In this document: piece after piece, positions 39,800 to 49,798 of the stretch
How positions within the stretch are numbered: position 1 is the first letter of the stretch
Layout of the letters: each line of letters starts with the position of its first letter
NCBI GenBank assembly: GCA_902574335.1
Contig: CACGNO010000001.1
Span: 48,009-112,008 of the forward strand
Direction of reading: 5' to 3'
Length of the DNA stretch: 64,000 nucleotides
Source of the DNA: an uncultured Bacteroidota bacterium
GTDB taxonomy: Bacteria > Bacteroidota > Bacteroidia > Flavobacteriales > Flavobacteriaceae
Made by a program: the position numbers and the translations under genes
The notes under the pieces: model-generated
The model's database searches: none
Told to the model about the DNA's origin: nothing
Seen by the model: only the letters and a program-made list of their open reading frames with translations

Positions 39800-40658
39800 A
39801 TGCTTCACTCAATGACCGGATACGGGTCAATTTCTTTTAATTCAAATAACTTTTCATTTGATATTGAGTTAAAAACACTTAATAGTAAATTTTTTGACAG
39901 TAAAATTAGTTTACCAAGTTATCTAACAAACAAAGAAATTGAAATTGCTAATATTTTAAAAAAGAAATTATTTAGAGGTAAAGTAGATTTAAAAATAAAC
40001 TCAAACAGTAACAATTCAGATTCAATAAAATTCAATAAAAAAGTAATAAGAGATTATTTTGAAGAACTCAATGAAATTTCTGATTTTGACTCGTCACAAC
40101 TTTTAAAAGCTGTTATCAATCTACCAAATTCAATTGATAAAAATGAAAGAAATTTTTCGGAGTTAGATTTGGAAAAGTTTTTTTTAGCGCTTGATGAAGT
40201 TATTGAAAATGTAATTGTTTTTAGATCTATGGAAGGAGATAGTATTAAAATAGACCTAGAAAATAATTCTAATTTAATATCACAACTATTAAAAGAGGTT
40301 GTCACTCTTTCTAAAAAACATTCAGCTAAATTAAAAGACAGTTTAAATAAAAAAATAAACGATTTAATAGTTGACTTAGATAAAAATAGATTAGAACAAG
40401 AAGTTATTTATTATTTAGAAAAAAATTGATATTAATGAAGAGATAGTAAGACTGCAAAGTCATATAAGTTATTTTAATGATATTTTAAATAATGATGGCA
40501 TAGAAAAAGGAAAGAAATTAGGATTCATTTGTCAGGAAATTGGTAGAGAAATAAATACAATAGGATCAAAAGCCAATAATTCTGAAATCCAATCCAAAGT
40601 AGTTGAAATGAAAACGAGTTTGGAAAAAATAAGAGAACAAGTATTAAACATAGTATGA
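39800..40658 (+). pseudogene. yicC: YicC-family protein, reading frame broken by one extra A in an A7 run (40419-40425)
   Basis: N-terminal part MLHSMTGYG... runs to TGA at 40427-40429. The C-terminal DUF1732-like part (DINEEIVRLQSH..CQEIGREINTIGSKAN) continues from 40428 in the +1 frame to TGA at 40656-40658. Combined length is about 287 aa, normal for YicC. Confidence 0.8.
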
Positions 40659-41225
40659 AATCAGGAAAAGTAATTGTATTATGTGCACCATCCGGAAGTG
40701 GAAAAACTACTCTTACAAAACACCTTTTGGATCAGAAAATATTTAATCTTAAATTCTCCATATCAGCAACAACAAGGCAAAAAAGAGAAAATGAAAATGA
40801 TAAAATTGATTATTACTTTTTAAGTTTAGATGAATTCAAAGCTAAAATAGACAATAATGAGTTTATTGAATTAGAAAAAAGTTTATGAGGAGGTGTATTA
40901 TGGAACTTTAAAATCTGAAGTTGATAAGTTGATCAAAAATCATAACATAATTTTTGATGTAGATGTAATTGGTGCAGTTAGTTTAAAAAAATATTTCCTA
41001 GATAAAGCATTGACAATTTTTATCAATCCACCAACTATAGAGGAATTAGAAAAAAGATTGATTGAAAGAGGATTAAATTCGAAAGATGATCTAAAAGAAA
41101 GAATAAAAAAAGCAAAAAAAGAAATTGAAATGAAATCTACTTTTGATTACTCAATAACCAATGATGATTTGAATAGGGCAAAGTCAGAAATTATTGAAAT
41201 AGTTAAAGGTTTCCTAAATAAATGA
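40655..41225 (+). pseudogene. gmk: Guanylate kinase, reading frame broken by one extra A in an A6 run (40875-40880)
   Basis: P-loop APSGSGKTT and SISATTR lie in the first 77-aa piece. YYGTLKSEV..DVDVIG lies in the second piece in the +1 frame. Removing one A gives the continuous sequence ..[15 protein letters not shown]... Confidence 0.8.
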
Positions 41226-41800
41226 TGAGAAAAGTTGGTTTGTTTTTTGGAACTTTTGATCCAATTCATATTGGACATGAAAAAATTGCGATTTATTTTT
41301 TAGAAAGATACTTTGATGAAATATGGTTTGTAATTACACCTTTAAATCCTGATAAGATTAATGAAAATTTGACAGACCAGTCTATTCGTTTGGAAATGGG
41401 AAAAAACTTTTGTGATGATAATGAAAAATTCAAATATTGTGATATCGAGTTTAATTTACCAAAACCTAATTATACAGCAGATACCCTAGTTGAGCTTAAA
41501 AACAATTATCCAGATCTTAATTTTAGTATAATTATGGGTGAGGATAATTTGATAGGACTGGAAACTTGGAAAAATTATAAGAAAATTTTAGAGGGTAAAA
41601 TTTATGTATACCCGAGAGCAAATCAACAAAAAATTGATGCAAAACTTAAAGATCATCATTCGGTTATCTTTTCAGATGCTCCAATAATGAAAATATCATC
41701 AAGTGAAATAAGGAGTATTATTAGAGAGGAAGAAGATTATTTAAAATTGGTACCAAGTAAAATTCACAATTATATTTCTAAAAATAATCTTTACAGATAA
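41222..41800 (+). CDS. nadD: Nicotinate-nucleotide adenylyltransferase
   Basis: N-terminus GLFFGTFDPIHIGH and a C-terminal ISSSEIR motif. ATGA overlap with gmk. Confidence 0.9.
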   Translation: MMRKVGLFFGTFDPIHIGHEKIAIYFLERYFDEIWFVITPLNPDKINENLTDQSIRLEMGKNFCDDNEKFKYCDIEFNLPKPNYTADTLVELKNNYPDLNFSIIMGEDNLIGLETWKNYKKILEGKIYVYPRANQQKIDAKLKDHHSVIFSDAPIMKISSSEIRSIIREEEDYLKLVPSKIHNYISKNNLYR

Positions 41801-41813
41801 TTTTATCCTTACC

Positions 41814-41843
41814 TTATTTAACCATTATTTAACATTATTTAAC
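41814..41843 (+). promoter_or_regulatory. Three direct TTATTTAAC repeats upstream of the moxR/Bat operon
   Basis: Exact 9-mers at 41814, 41825 and 41835 (spacing 11 and 10 bp), 41-70 nt upstream of the moxR ATG at 41884. Confidence 0.4.
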
Positions 41844-41883
41844 AAGAATTTTTAATAGTATTGTTCCCCTTAAAAAACTGATT

Positions 41884-42882
41884 ATGGATAAAAGTAAAAT
41901 TGATATTAGTAAAATAAATGAAAAAATTAAAAAAGAAAGTTCATTTATTGATGTTCTATTACCTGAGGTCAACAAAGTAATTGTTGGTCAGAAATATATG
42001 ATAGAAAGATTATTAATTGGCCTTCTTGGAAGAGGTCATATTCTTTTAGAAGGAGTCCCTGGTTTAGCTAAAACCTTGGCAATTAATACACTTAGTCAAG
42101 CTGTTAAAGGCTCATTCAGTAGAATTCAGTTTACCCCTGATTTACTGCCTGCAGATGTAATTGGTACAATGATTTATAACATGAAAGAAAATGATTTTTC
42201 AATCAAGAAAGGTCCAATTTTTGCAAATTTTGTTCTTGCAGATGAGATAAATAGAGCACCTGCTAAGGTACAATCTGCATTGCTTGAAGCCATGCAAGAA
42301 AAACAGGTTACAATTGGAGATAACACATTTAAGTTACAGTTACCATTTCTTGTTATGGCAACACAAAATCCAATTGAGCAAGAAGGTACTTATCCATTAC
42401 CAGAGGCGCAAATGGATAGATTTATGTTGAAGTGTGTAATTACTTATCCTGAGTTTGATGATGAACAACAAATTATTAGATCTAATATTAATGAGTCTTT
42501 TGAAAAGGTAAAACCAGTTATATCAATTAAAGATATTTTAAAAGCACAAGAGACTGTAAAGGAAGTTTATATGGACGAAAAAATTGAAAAGTATATCTTA
42601 AACTTGATTTTTGCTACTAGATATCCTGAAAAATATAATTTATCTGATTTAAAACCATTAATTGGATTCGGATCATCACCGAGAGGAAGTATAAATTTAG
42701 CTTCAGCTGCTAAATGCCATGCCTTTATACAAAGAAGAGGGTATGTAATTCCTGAGGATATTCGAGCTGTAATCCATGATGTTCTTAGACATAGAATTGG
42801 CTTAACATACGAAGCTGAGGCAGAAAATGTAACTGCAGAAGATGTTATAAGTAAAATAGTCAACTCTGTTGAGGTTCCATAA
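41884..42882 (+). CDS. MoxR-family AAA+ ATPase (first gene of the Bat operon)
   Basis: Walker A LLEGVPGLAKT and Walker B VLADEINRAPAK. 332 aa. Confidence 0.92.
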   Translation: MDKSKIDISKINEKIKKESSFIDVLLPEVNKVIVGQKYMIERLLIGLLGRGHILLEGVPGLAKTLAINTLSQAVKGSFSRIQFTPDLLPADVIGTMIYNMKENDFSIKKGPIFANFVLADEINRAPAKVQSALLEAMQEKQVTIGDNTFKLQLPFLVMATQNPIEQEGTYPLPEAQMDRFMLKCVITYPEFDDEQQIIRSNINESFEKVKPVISIKDILKAQETVKEVYMDEKIEKYILNLIFATRYPEKYNLSDLKPLIGFGSSPRGSINLASAAKCHAFIQRRGYVIPEDIRAVIHDVLRHRIGLTYEAEAENVTAEDVISKIVNSVEVP

Positions 42883-42894
42883 AACACCAAGACT

Positions 42895-43761
42895 TTGGAA
42901 GCAAAAGACCTTTTAAAAAAAGTTAGAAAAGTTGAAATAAAGACAAAAAGACTATCAAATAATTTATTTGGTGGAGAATATCAGAGTGCTTTTAAGGGAA
43001 GAGGAATGACTTTTAGTGAGGTTAGAGGCTATGAATTTGGAGATGATGTTAGATCAATTGATTGGAATGTTACAGCTAGGTATAATCAACCTTTTGTTAA
43101 GGTTTTTGAGGAGGAAAGAGAACTTACTCTAATGCTAATCATTGATATAAGTGGTTCAAAATTATTTGGAACGGATTCTCAACTAAAAAAGGATATAGTT
43201 ACTGAAATATCTGCAACTTTAGCATTTTCTGCTATTCAAAATAATGATAAAGTAGGTCTTATATTATTTTCAGATGAGATTGAGCTTTTTATTGCTCCAA
43301 GCAAAGGGAAGACACATATTTTAAGAATTATTAGAGAGTTAATTGAGTTTAAGCCTAAGAGTACAAAGACTGATATATCGGTCGCGTTGAAATTCTTTTC
43401 TAATGTTGTTAGAAAGAAATCAATTGCATTTATTTTATCTGATTTTAATGCTAATGATTTTTCAAAATCACTTTCTGTTGTGAGTAAAAAACATGATATA
43501 ACAGGAATCAGAATTTATGATAGGTTTGAGGAAGAAATTCCTAACATTGGTTTTGTTCCAATGATTGATCAGGAGTCTTTTGAGCTAAAGTTCATAGATA
43601 CATCTTCTTCGAAGATAAGATCAGAATATAAAGCAAAGTGTTTAGCAAGAAAAAATTATTTTGAGACTCTATTTAAAAGAAATGGATCTGGTACTATTAG
43701 CTGCAGAACAGACCAGGATTATGTAAAATTATTATTAGGTTATTTTAAAAATCGTGGTTAG
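42895..43761 (+). CDS. DUF58 protein (MoxR partner)
   Basis: EVRGYEFGDDVRSIDWNVTAR motif and a VWA-like remainder. TTG start. Confidence 0.85.
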   Translation: MEAKDLLKKVRKVEIKTKRLSNNLFGGEYQSAFKGRGMTFSEVRGYEFGDDVRSIDWNVTARYNQPFVKVFEEERELTLMLIIDISGSKLFGTDSQLKKDIVTEISATLAFSAIQNNDKVGLILFSDEIELFIAPSKGKTHILRIIRELIEFKPKSTKTDISVALKFFSNVVRKKSIAFILSDFNANDFSKSLSVVSKKHDITGIRIYDRFEEEIPNIGFVPMIDQESFELKFIDTSSSKIRSEYKAKCLARKNYFETLFKRNGSGTISCRTDQDYVKLLLGYFKNRG

Positions 43762-45304
43762 ATTATTTCAGATATTAATAATTGTTTTTTCAATTCAAAT
43801 TAATTTTTCTCAAGAAGAAAAATTAGAATTGTCCTCTTCGGTGGATTCTACTTCTATTAAAGTAGGACAACAATTTAATTATATTATAAAAGCTGAATCT
43901 AAAAAAATAGTTGAATTAGTATTTCCTGAAAAATTCAATTTTAGTCCATTTGAAATTGCTGAGGAATTCCCTGTTGATACAAGTTTTTTCAAAGGAAAAA
44001 AAACTCTAATTAAAAAATTTAAACTGACTAATTTTGAGGAGGGATTATATTCAATTCAACCTCAACAAATTTTATTTCAAAACAAAGCATATTCTACTGA
44101 TTCCATTGCAATTGAAGTTAGAACCATAAAGGTTGATACAGTCTCTAAAAAGTTTTTTGACATTAAGGAAATTATTTTAAATAAAGAACAAAGAACACCC
44201 TTGTCTAAATATTTATTTTCAATTTTAATCTTACTTGCAGGTTCATTGATAGTCTTTTTACTCTACAAAAAATTTAAAAATCATATTTATAATAAGAATG
44301 ATTTTAAAACTCCTTTTGAAAATGCAATTGATGAATTGGTCAGTTTAGAAAAAGAAACCTTAGATAGTCAAAATGACTTTAAATTATTCTACTCTAAACT
44401 TACCCAGATTGCTAAGGAATATTTAGAAAATGATATTAAAATTTCTGCATCAGAAAGTACTACAACTCAATTGATAGACAAAATAATTTTATTAAATAAT
44501 TCTAAGAAAATTAATATTTCAAATGAAATAATTGAAAGTTTCAAATCTGTTTTAAATAATGCAGATTTAGTAAAGTTTGCAAAATTCAGCCCTGAAGATG
44601 AAGTTGCCTCCGATGATAATAAAGTATTGAAATCATTTATAGTTAATACAAAAAAATCTATCCCAAATAATATAGAACAAGAAAAAGAACAAAAGAGATT
44701 GATTGAATTAAGATTTAATGATATGATAAAGAGAAGAAAAATTAAATACTCTTTATTTTCAGGATTAATCATAGTAGTTACTTTATCATCTCTGATAATT
44801 GTTTTATTTGGTCCTCCAAATTTTGATTCATTTTTAACATTTAATAGTGATAAAAAAATTTTAAAACAAAAATGGGTATCAAGTGTTTACACAGGACTAA
44901 ATTTAAGTTTAGACACACCTGATGCATTGCTAAGATCTCAAGATTCAACTGTTAATAAATTGAGTTTTGTTTCTAAAAATGAAAATTTAGAAATCAATTT
45001 GATTACAAAAATAATTGATGAGAATTCTGATCCCGTAAATGAATTATTAGATGAATTTAAACAAAGAAATTTCGTGAATGTAATCACTAAGAAGGAGGAA
45101 TATAAAACTAATGAAGGTGACCAAGGAATTAAGATATTTGGATCATTTGATGATAATAATTTGAATAAGAAAAGAGATTATGAATCAATACTTTTTGTTG
45201 TAAATAAGTTATCAATAAAATTGGAGGTTATTTTTGAAAGGAAAAATGAAGACCTAAAAACCGTTTCCCATAGAGTTATTAGTTCATTAAAATTTATTAA
45301 ATAA
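43754..45304 (+). CDS. Bat-operon membrane protein with a BatD-like N-terminal domain (position of BatIII)
   Basis: Signal peptide, then a beta-rich N-terminal domain resembling the BatD N-terminus, with internal TM segments. GTG start overlaps DUF58. Confidence 0.65.
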   Translation: MVRLFQILIIVFSIQINFSQEEKLELSSSVDSTSIKVGQQFNYIIKAESKKIVELVFPEKFNFSPFEIAEEFPVDTSFFKGKKTLIKKFKLTNFEEGLYSIQPQQILFQNKAYSTDSIAIEVRTIKVDTVSKKFFDIKEIILNKEQRTPLSKYLFSILILLAGSLIVFLLYKKFKNHIYNKNDFKTPFENAIDELVSLEKETLDSQNDFKLFYSKLTQIAKEYLENDIKISASESTTTQLIDKIILLNNSKKINISNEIIESFKSVLNNADLVKFAKFSPEDEVASDDNKVLKSFIVNTKKSIPNNIEQEKEQKRLIELRFNDMIKRRKIKYSLFSGLIIVVTLSSLIIVLFGPPNFDSFLTFNSDKKILKQKWVSSVYTGLNLSLDTPDALLRSQDSTVNKLSFVSKNENLEINLITKIIDENSDPVNELLDEFKQRNFVNVITKKEEYKTNEGDQGIKIFGSFDDNNLNKKRDYESILFVVNKLSIKLEVIFERKNEDLKTVSHRVISSLKFIK

Positions 45305-46299
45305 TGTTTGATATTGAATTTTATAATCCTGAATTTTTGTGGCTATTATTAATAGTTCCTCCTCTTGCATTATTCTTCTTTAAGACTAATAAAAACAGGA
45401 CAAGCTCATTTAAAATATCATCTACATCTGATTTTAGGATTGGATTAAAATCACGAATATACCCTGTTCTTGACATACTCAAGTTATTAACTATAACTAT
45501 GATAATTATTGCTTTGGCTAGACCTCAGGAAATTAGTAATTCAGTTAGAACAAAAACTAGTAGTGGTATTGATATAGTTATTGCCGTTGATATTTCATCA
45601 AGTATGTTAGCACAAGATCTAAAACCAAATAGGCTAGAAGCTTTAAAAAGTGTAGCAGCTGAATTTATAAATGATAGAAAAAATGATCGAATTGGTTTGG
45701 TAATTTATGCTGGGGAAAGTTATACCAAAACACCTGTAACATCTGATAAAACGATTATTATTAAATCACTCAATGATATTGTATTTGATGGAATTATACA
45801 AGATGGAACTGCAATAGGTATGGGATTGGCAACATCAGTTAACAGATTAAAAGATAGTCGTGCTAAGAGTAAAGTAATTATTTTACTTACAGATGGAGTT
45901 AACAATTCTGGATTTATAGACCCAACTACTGCTGCTGATTTGGCAACAAACTATGGAATTAAAACTTATACAATTGGCCTTGGTTCAAATGGAAATGCAT
46001 TAGCTCCAGTCGCTTTAAACCCTGATGGATCTTTCAGGTTTGGTATGACTAAAGTTGAAATTGATGAGGATCTGTTAGAATCAATTGCTTTGAAAACAGG
46101 CGGTTTATATTTTCGCGCTACTAATAATCAAAGTTTACAAGAAATTTATGATGAAATTAATAAGTTGGAAAAAACAGAAGTTGAGGAAATAAGGTTTTCT
46201 GATGCAGAGGAGAAATATAGAATATTTGTGTTAATAGCATTAGGCCTAATATTTGTAGAATTCATATCAAGAAAATTAATTTTTAAAAGTATAGTTTAA
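45304..46299 (+). CDS. batA: VWA-domain aerotolerance protein BatA
   Basis: N-terminal TM segments and the VWA MIDAS motif AVDISSSM. C-terminal TM segment. Confidence 0.85.
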   Translation: MFDIEFYNPEFLWLLLIVPPLALFFFKTNKNRTSSFKISSTSDFRIGLKSRIYPVLDILKLLTITMIIIALARPQEISNSVRTKTSSGIDIVIAVDISSSMLAQDLKPNRLEALKSVAAEFINDRKNDRIGLVIYAGESYTKTPVTSDKTIIIKSLNDIVFDGIIQDGTAIGMGLATSVNRLKDSRAKSKVIILLTDGVNNSGFIDPTTAADLATNYGIKTYTIGLGSNGNALAPVALNPDGSFRFGMTKVEIDEDLLESIALKTGGLYFRATNNQSLQEIYDEINKLEKTEVEEIRFSDAEEKYRIFVLIALGLIFVEFISRKLIFKSIV

Positions 46300-47333
46300 T
46301 GTATCAACTTGAAGAAACATTTTATTTTTATTTTTTGATATCAATACCAATATTGATTTTAGTTTTTTCTTATTACAAAATTTGGCGAACAACTATTATT
46401 AAAAAATATTTTAATACAGATTCACTTAACTTTTTGAGTCCTGAATTTTCTTCATCAAAACTATATTTAAAAGCATCATTGACTTTTTTAGTAATTGTTT
46501 TTTTAGTATTTGGTTTAGTCAATCCAAAAATTGGCACCGAGCTTAAAACTGTAAAAAGAGAAGGAGTTGATATTGTTTTTGCTTTAGATGTCTCTAAAAG
46601 TATGCTTGCAGAGGATATTGCACCAAACAGAATTTTTAAAGCCAAAAGGTTGGTTTCGGAGATGTTTAATAAGTTGGGCTCTGATCGAGTTGGTATAATA
46701 GCTTATGCATCCACTGCAATTCCTGTTTTGCCTATAACAACCGATTTTTCATCTGCTAAAATGTTTTTAGAGAGTTTAAATACTGATATGTTATCTTCAC
46801 AAGGAACTTCAATAATAGAGGCTATTGAATTATCAAAGGGATATTTTGATGATGATAATCAAACTAACAGAGTTTTGTGTATTCTAAGTGATGGTGAAGA
46901 CCATGAATTCAAGGAGGATCAGCTATTTTCTGCTATAGATGAAAGTGGAATAACAATATTTACAATTGGATTAGGATCAACAAAAGGTGCACCCATTCCA
47001 ATTAAAGAAAATAATATTGTTAAATCATATAAAAAGGATGATAAAGGAGAAGTTGTAATAACTAGATTAAATGAAAATCTACTTCAAAAGATGGCTCTCC
47101 AATCATCTGGAAAATATATTAAAGGTGATAATACCAATCAAGTTGTTGATGATATCATAAATGAGCTGAAGGAAATGGATAAAAAAGAATTTGAATCAAA
47201 ACAATTTGTTTCTTTTAAAGATCAATTTCAATGGTTTTTAGCAATAGGATTATTATTACTTTTAATTGACTCAATTATATATAATAAAAAAACTAAGTGG
47301 ATTGAAAAACTTAATTTATTTAATGAAAATTAG
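46299..47333 (+). CDS. batB: VWA-domain aerotolerance protein BatB
   Basis: MIDAS motif ALDVSKSM flanked by TM segments. The start codon overlaps the batA stop codon. Confidence 0.85.
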   Translation: MYQLEETFYFYFLISIPILILVFSYYKIWRTTIIKKYFNTDSLNFLSPEFSSSKLYLKASLTFLVIVFLVFGLVNPKIGTELKTVKREGVDIVFALDVSKSMLAEDIAPNRIFKAKRLVSEMFNKLGSDRVGIIAYASTAIPVLPITTDFSSAKMFLESLNTDMLSSQGTSIIEAIELSKGYFDDDNQTNRVLCILSDGEDHEFKEDQLFSAIDESGITIFTIGLGSTKGAPIPIKENNIVKSYKKDDKGEVVITRLNENLLQKMALQSSGKYIKGDNTNQVVDDIINELKEMDKKEFESKQFVSFKDQFQWFLAIGLLLLLIDSIIYNKKTKWIEKLNLFNEN

Positions 47334-48048
47334 TAGAATATTTATATTGATATTATTTTTTTCTGGATTTGTTTTTTCTCAAGAAGAAAACAAAAAGAAT
47401 TCTAATAATTTAGTTTTTGATGGAAATATGGAATTTCAAAAAGATAAGTATGCTGAAGCTGAGTTCAACTATAGAAAAGCTTATTCATATGATTCATTAA
47501 ATTATAAAGCACCCTATAATTTAGGTAATTCCCTTTATAAAAATAATTTACCACAGGAGGCTAGGTTTAACTTCTCTAAATCATTGGATAAATTAGAAAG
47601 TAAAGAAGAATTACATAAAGCCTTTCATAATCTAGGAAATACGTATATGCAAGAAGAAAATTATCAAGGTGCCGTTGATAATTTTAAAAAAGCTTTATTA
47701 AATAATCCAGATGATGAGGAGACTCGTTATAATTATGTTCTTGCAAAAGAGCTACTAAAAAATCAAAATAATAATAAGGATAAAAAAGATAATAAGGATA
47801 ATAAGGACAATAAGGACAAAGAGAAAAATAAGGATCAAAACCAAGATAAAAAAGATAAGGATCAGCAGAAGCAAGATAAGAAAGATGACAAATCAAAATC
47901 TGAAAATAAACCATCAAAACAAGATATTTCTCCTCAGCAGCTTAAGAATATTTTGGAAGCGATGAGTAAGGAGGAAAAGAAAGTACAGGAAAAAATTAAT
48001 AAGAAAAAGTTTAAGGGTAATCCAAAATCTAACAAAAAGGATTGGTAG
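47323..48048 (+). CDS. batC: TPR-repeat protein BatC with a Lys/Asp/Asn/Gln-rich tail
   Basis: Signal peptide MKISRIFILILFFSGFVFSQ, TPR repeats and a charged low-complexity C-terminus. ATG at 47323 is preferred over the track start at 47266. Confidence 0.8.
   Translation: MKISRIFILILFFSGFVFSQEENKKNSNNLVFDGNMEFQKDKYAEAEFNYRKAYSYDSLNYKAPYNLGNSLYKNNLPQEARFNFSKSLDKLESKEELHKAFHNLGNTYMQEENYQGAVDNFKKALLNNPDDEETRYNYVLAKELLKNQNNNKDKKDNKDNKDNKDKEKNKDQNQDKKDKDQQKQDKKDDKSKSENKPSKQDISPQQLKNILEAMSKEEKKVQEKINKKKFKGNPKSNKKDW
47773..47817 (+). repeat. Five tandem 9-bp units (AATAAGGAT-like) inside batC encoding (N/K)KD repeats
   Basis: The units are aataaggat, aaaaaagat, aataaggat, aataaggac and aataaggac. 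A degenerate continuation runs to about 47900. Confidence 0.6.
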
Positions 48049-48049
48049 T

Positions 48050-49798
48050 ATGAAAAACAAATTTCAAATCATATTAGTTTTGCTGTTTTGTACACTTTCT
48101 TGGTCTCAAGTTAAGTTTGAAACCGAGTTAAGTAAAAATAAGTTAGGTGTTAATGAAAACTTGAGAGTTGATTTTAAAATGAATCAAGATGGAGATAATT
48201 TTTCTCCACCTAGCTTTAATGGGTTTAATATAGTTGGTGGACCGAATCAGTCAGTCAGTAATAGTTGGATTAATGGAAAAAGAACTTTTTCTAAAACATA
48301 TTCCTATTTTTTATCACCTGTTAAAAGAGGACGTTTTACTATCGGACAAGCTTCAATTGAAATTGACGGTGATGTATATAAAACCTCCCCTGTTGATATT
48401 CAGGTGGTAGAAGCTGTAGATTCATCAGCATCTCCGAATAATAGTGAATCTTTGGTTGATGATGATATACAGCTTGTAACGGAAGTTTCTAAAAGAAGTC
48501 CTTATTTGAATGAACCAATTTCAATAGTTTATAAGTTGTTCTTTAGTCCAGAAATTAATGTTAGAAATTTAGGTGAAATAGACTCTCCTGAATTTAAAAA
48601 TTTTTGGTCCCAAAAAATTGATGTACCTAGGTTAGAGATTAAAAGATCATCTTTAAATGGCAAAAGCTACAATTACGTAACTTGGAAAAAAACTTTACTA
48701 TATCCTCAAAAGGATGGAAGGTTAGAAATTAACCCCATGACATTGGACGTGTCAATTGACGTTCCAACCAATAGAAGAGATTTTTTTGGGAATATTATTT
48801 ATACGCAAACATCAAGTAAGGTATCATCTGATAAACAAATAATTAATGTCAAAACATTACCTGATGAAAATAGACCTGAAGATTTTGCGGGTGCAGTTGG
48901 AGACTTTGATATTTCTCTTTCTTCCAATAAAACTGAATTAAAAGCTACAGAGTCTTTTCAACTAGAATTAAAGGTTGCAGGTACTGGAAATTTAAAATTA
49001 TTTTCACTCCCTGAAATAATTGTCCCATCATCATTAGAAAAATATGATCCTGAGTTCAAAGAAAATGTTAAAATAGGTCTTTCGGGAATGAATGGAAATA
49101 TTTCAAACACTTATACTATTGTTCCACAATTTCAAGGAAAATATCCAATTCCAATTGTTAAGTTTTCTTATTTTAATCCCTCTTCTAAAAAATATGTTAC
49201 AATCTATTCTGATGAGGAAATTATTGATGTTTATGATGGCCCAATTGTTTCTAATGAAAACGAAAAAAACGTTGATCAAAAAATTAATATCCCAACCAAT
49301 TCATTACAATTTAATTTTATTGACTTAAAATCTGATTTTAATAATATTATAACTACGAGTTCTTTGATTGATAGATTTAGATATTACTTAATTGCCATAC
49401 CAATTATAATAATTATTCTTGTTTTAATTTATTTAAGATTTGTAAAAGATTCAATATCATCAGATGAAAAAAAATCGAAACTTTCTAGAAAGCTTGCGGA
49501 TAGCTTTTTAGAAATAGCAAAAAATGATATTAATAATACGGACCTTTTTTATATTTCTCTGGAAAAAGCATTGTTTAATTTTTTAAAATCTAGATTTGAT
49601 TTTCAAACATCAGAATTTTCTAAGGATAATATAAAAGTTAAATTATCTGATAAAAATATTGATGGTCATATTATTGAATCGCTAATAGAAATATTACAAA
49701 GTTGTGAGTATGCAAGGTACACTCCATCATCCCCTAAAGAAATGAAAGCTGATTATGAAAAAGCTGTTGAAATAATTTATAATATTGAGAAATCATGA
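48050..49798 (+). CDS. batD: BatD (oxygen-tolerance) protein
   Basis: 582 aa with a signal peptide, a long beta-rich extracytoplasmic part and a single late TM segment (YYLIAIPIIIIILVLIYL). Position in the operon fits BatD. Confidence 0.8.
   Translation: MKNKFQIILVLLFCTLSWSQVKFETELSKNKLGVNENLRVDFKMNQDGDNFSPPSFNGFNIVGGPNQSVSNSWINGKRTFSKTYSYFLSPVKRGRFTIGQASIEIDGDVYKTSPVDIQVVEAVDSSASPNNSESLVDDDIQLVTEVSKRSPYLNEPISIVYKLFFSPEINVRNLGEIDSPEFKNFWSQKIDVPRLEIKRSSLNGKSYNYVTWKKTLLYPQKDGRLEINPMTLDVSIDVPTNRRDFFGNIIYTQTSSKVSSDKQIINVKTLPDENRPEDFAGAVGDFDISLSSNKTELKATESFQLELKVAGTGNLKLFSLPEIIVPSSLEKYDPEFKENVKIGLSGMNGNISNTYTIVPQFQGKYPIPIVKFSYFNPSSKKYVTIYSDEEIIDVYDGPIVSNENEKNVDQKINIPTNSLQFNFIDLKSDFNNIITTSSLIDRFRYYLIAIPIIIIILVLIYLRFVKDSISSDEKKSKLSRKLADSFLEIAKNDINNTDLFYISLEKALFNFLKSRFDFQTSEFSKDNIKVKLSDKNIDGHIIESLIEILQSCEYARYTPSSPKEMKADYEKAVEIIYNIEKS

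Noticed and set aside
40871-40882. The gmk break site contains A-AAA-AAG, which resembles the classic -1 programmed-frameshift heptamer
   Set aside because: The downstream frame requires a +1 shift, not -1. There is no stimulatory structure, and an identical +1 A-run defect occurs in the neighbouring yicC. A homopolymer sequencing error is the simpler explanation.
41884-47333. The MoxR AAA+ ATPase plus VWA proteins could be read as a novel defence or stress module
   Set aside because: Gene order and domain content match the well-known Bacteroidota Bat (aerotolerance) operon.
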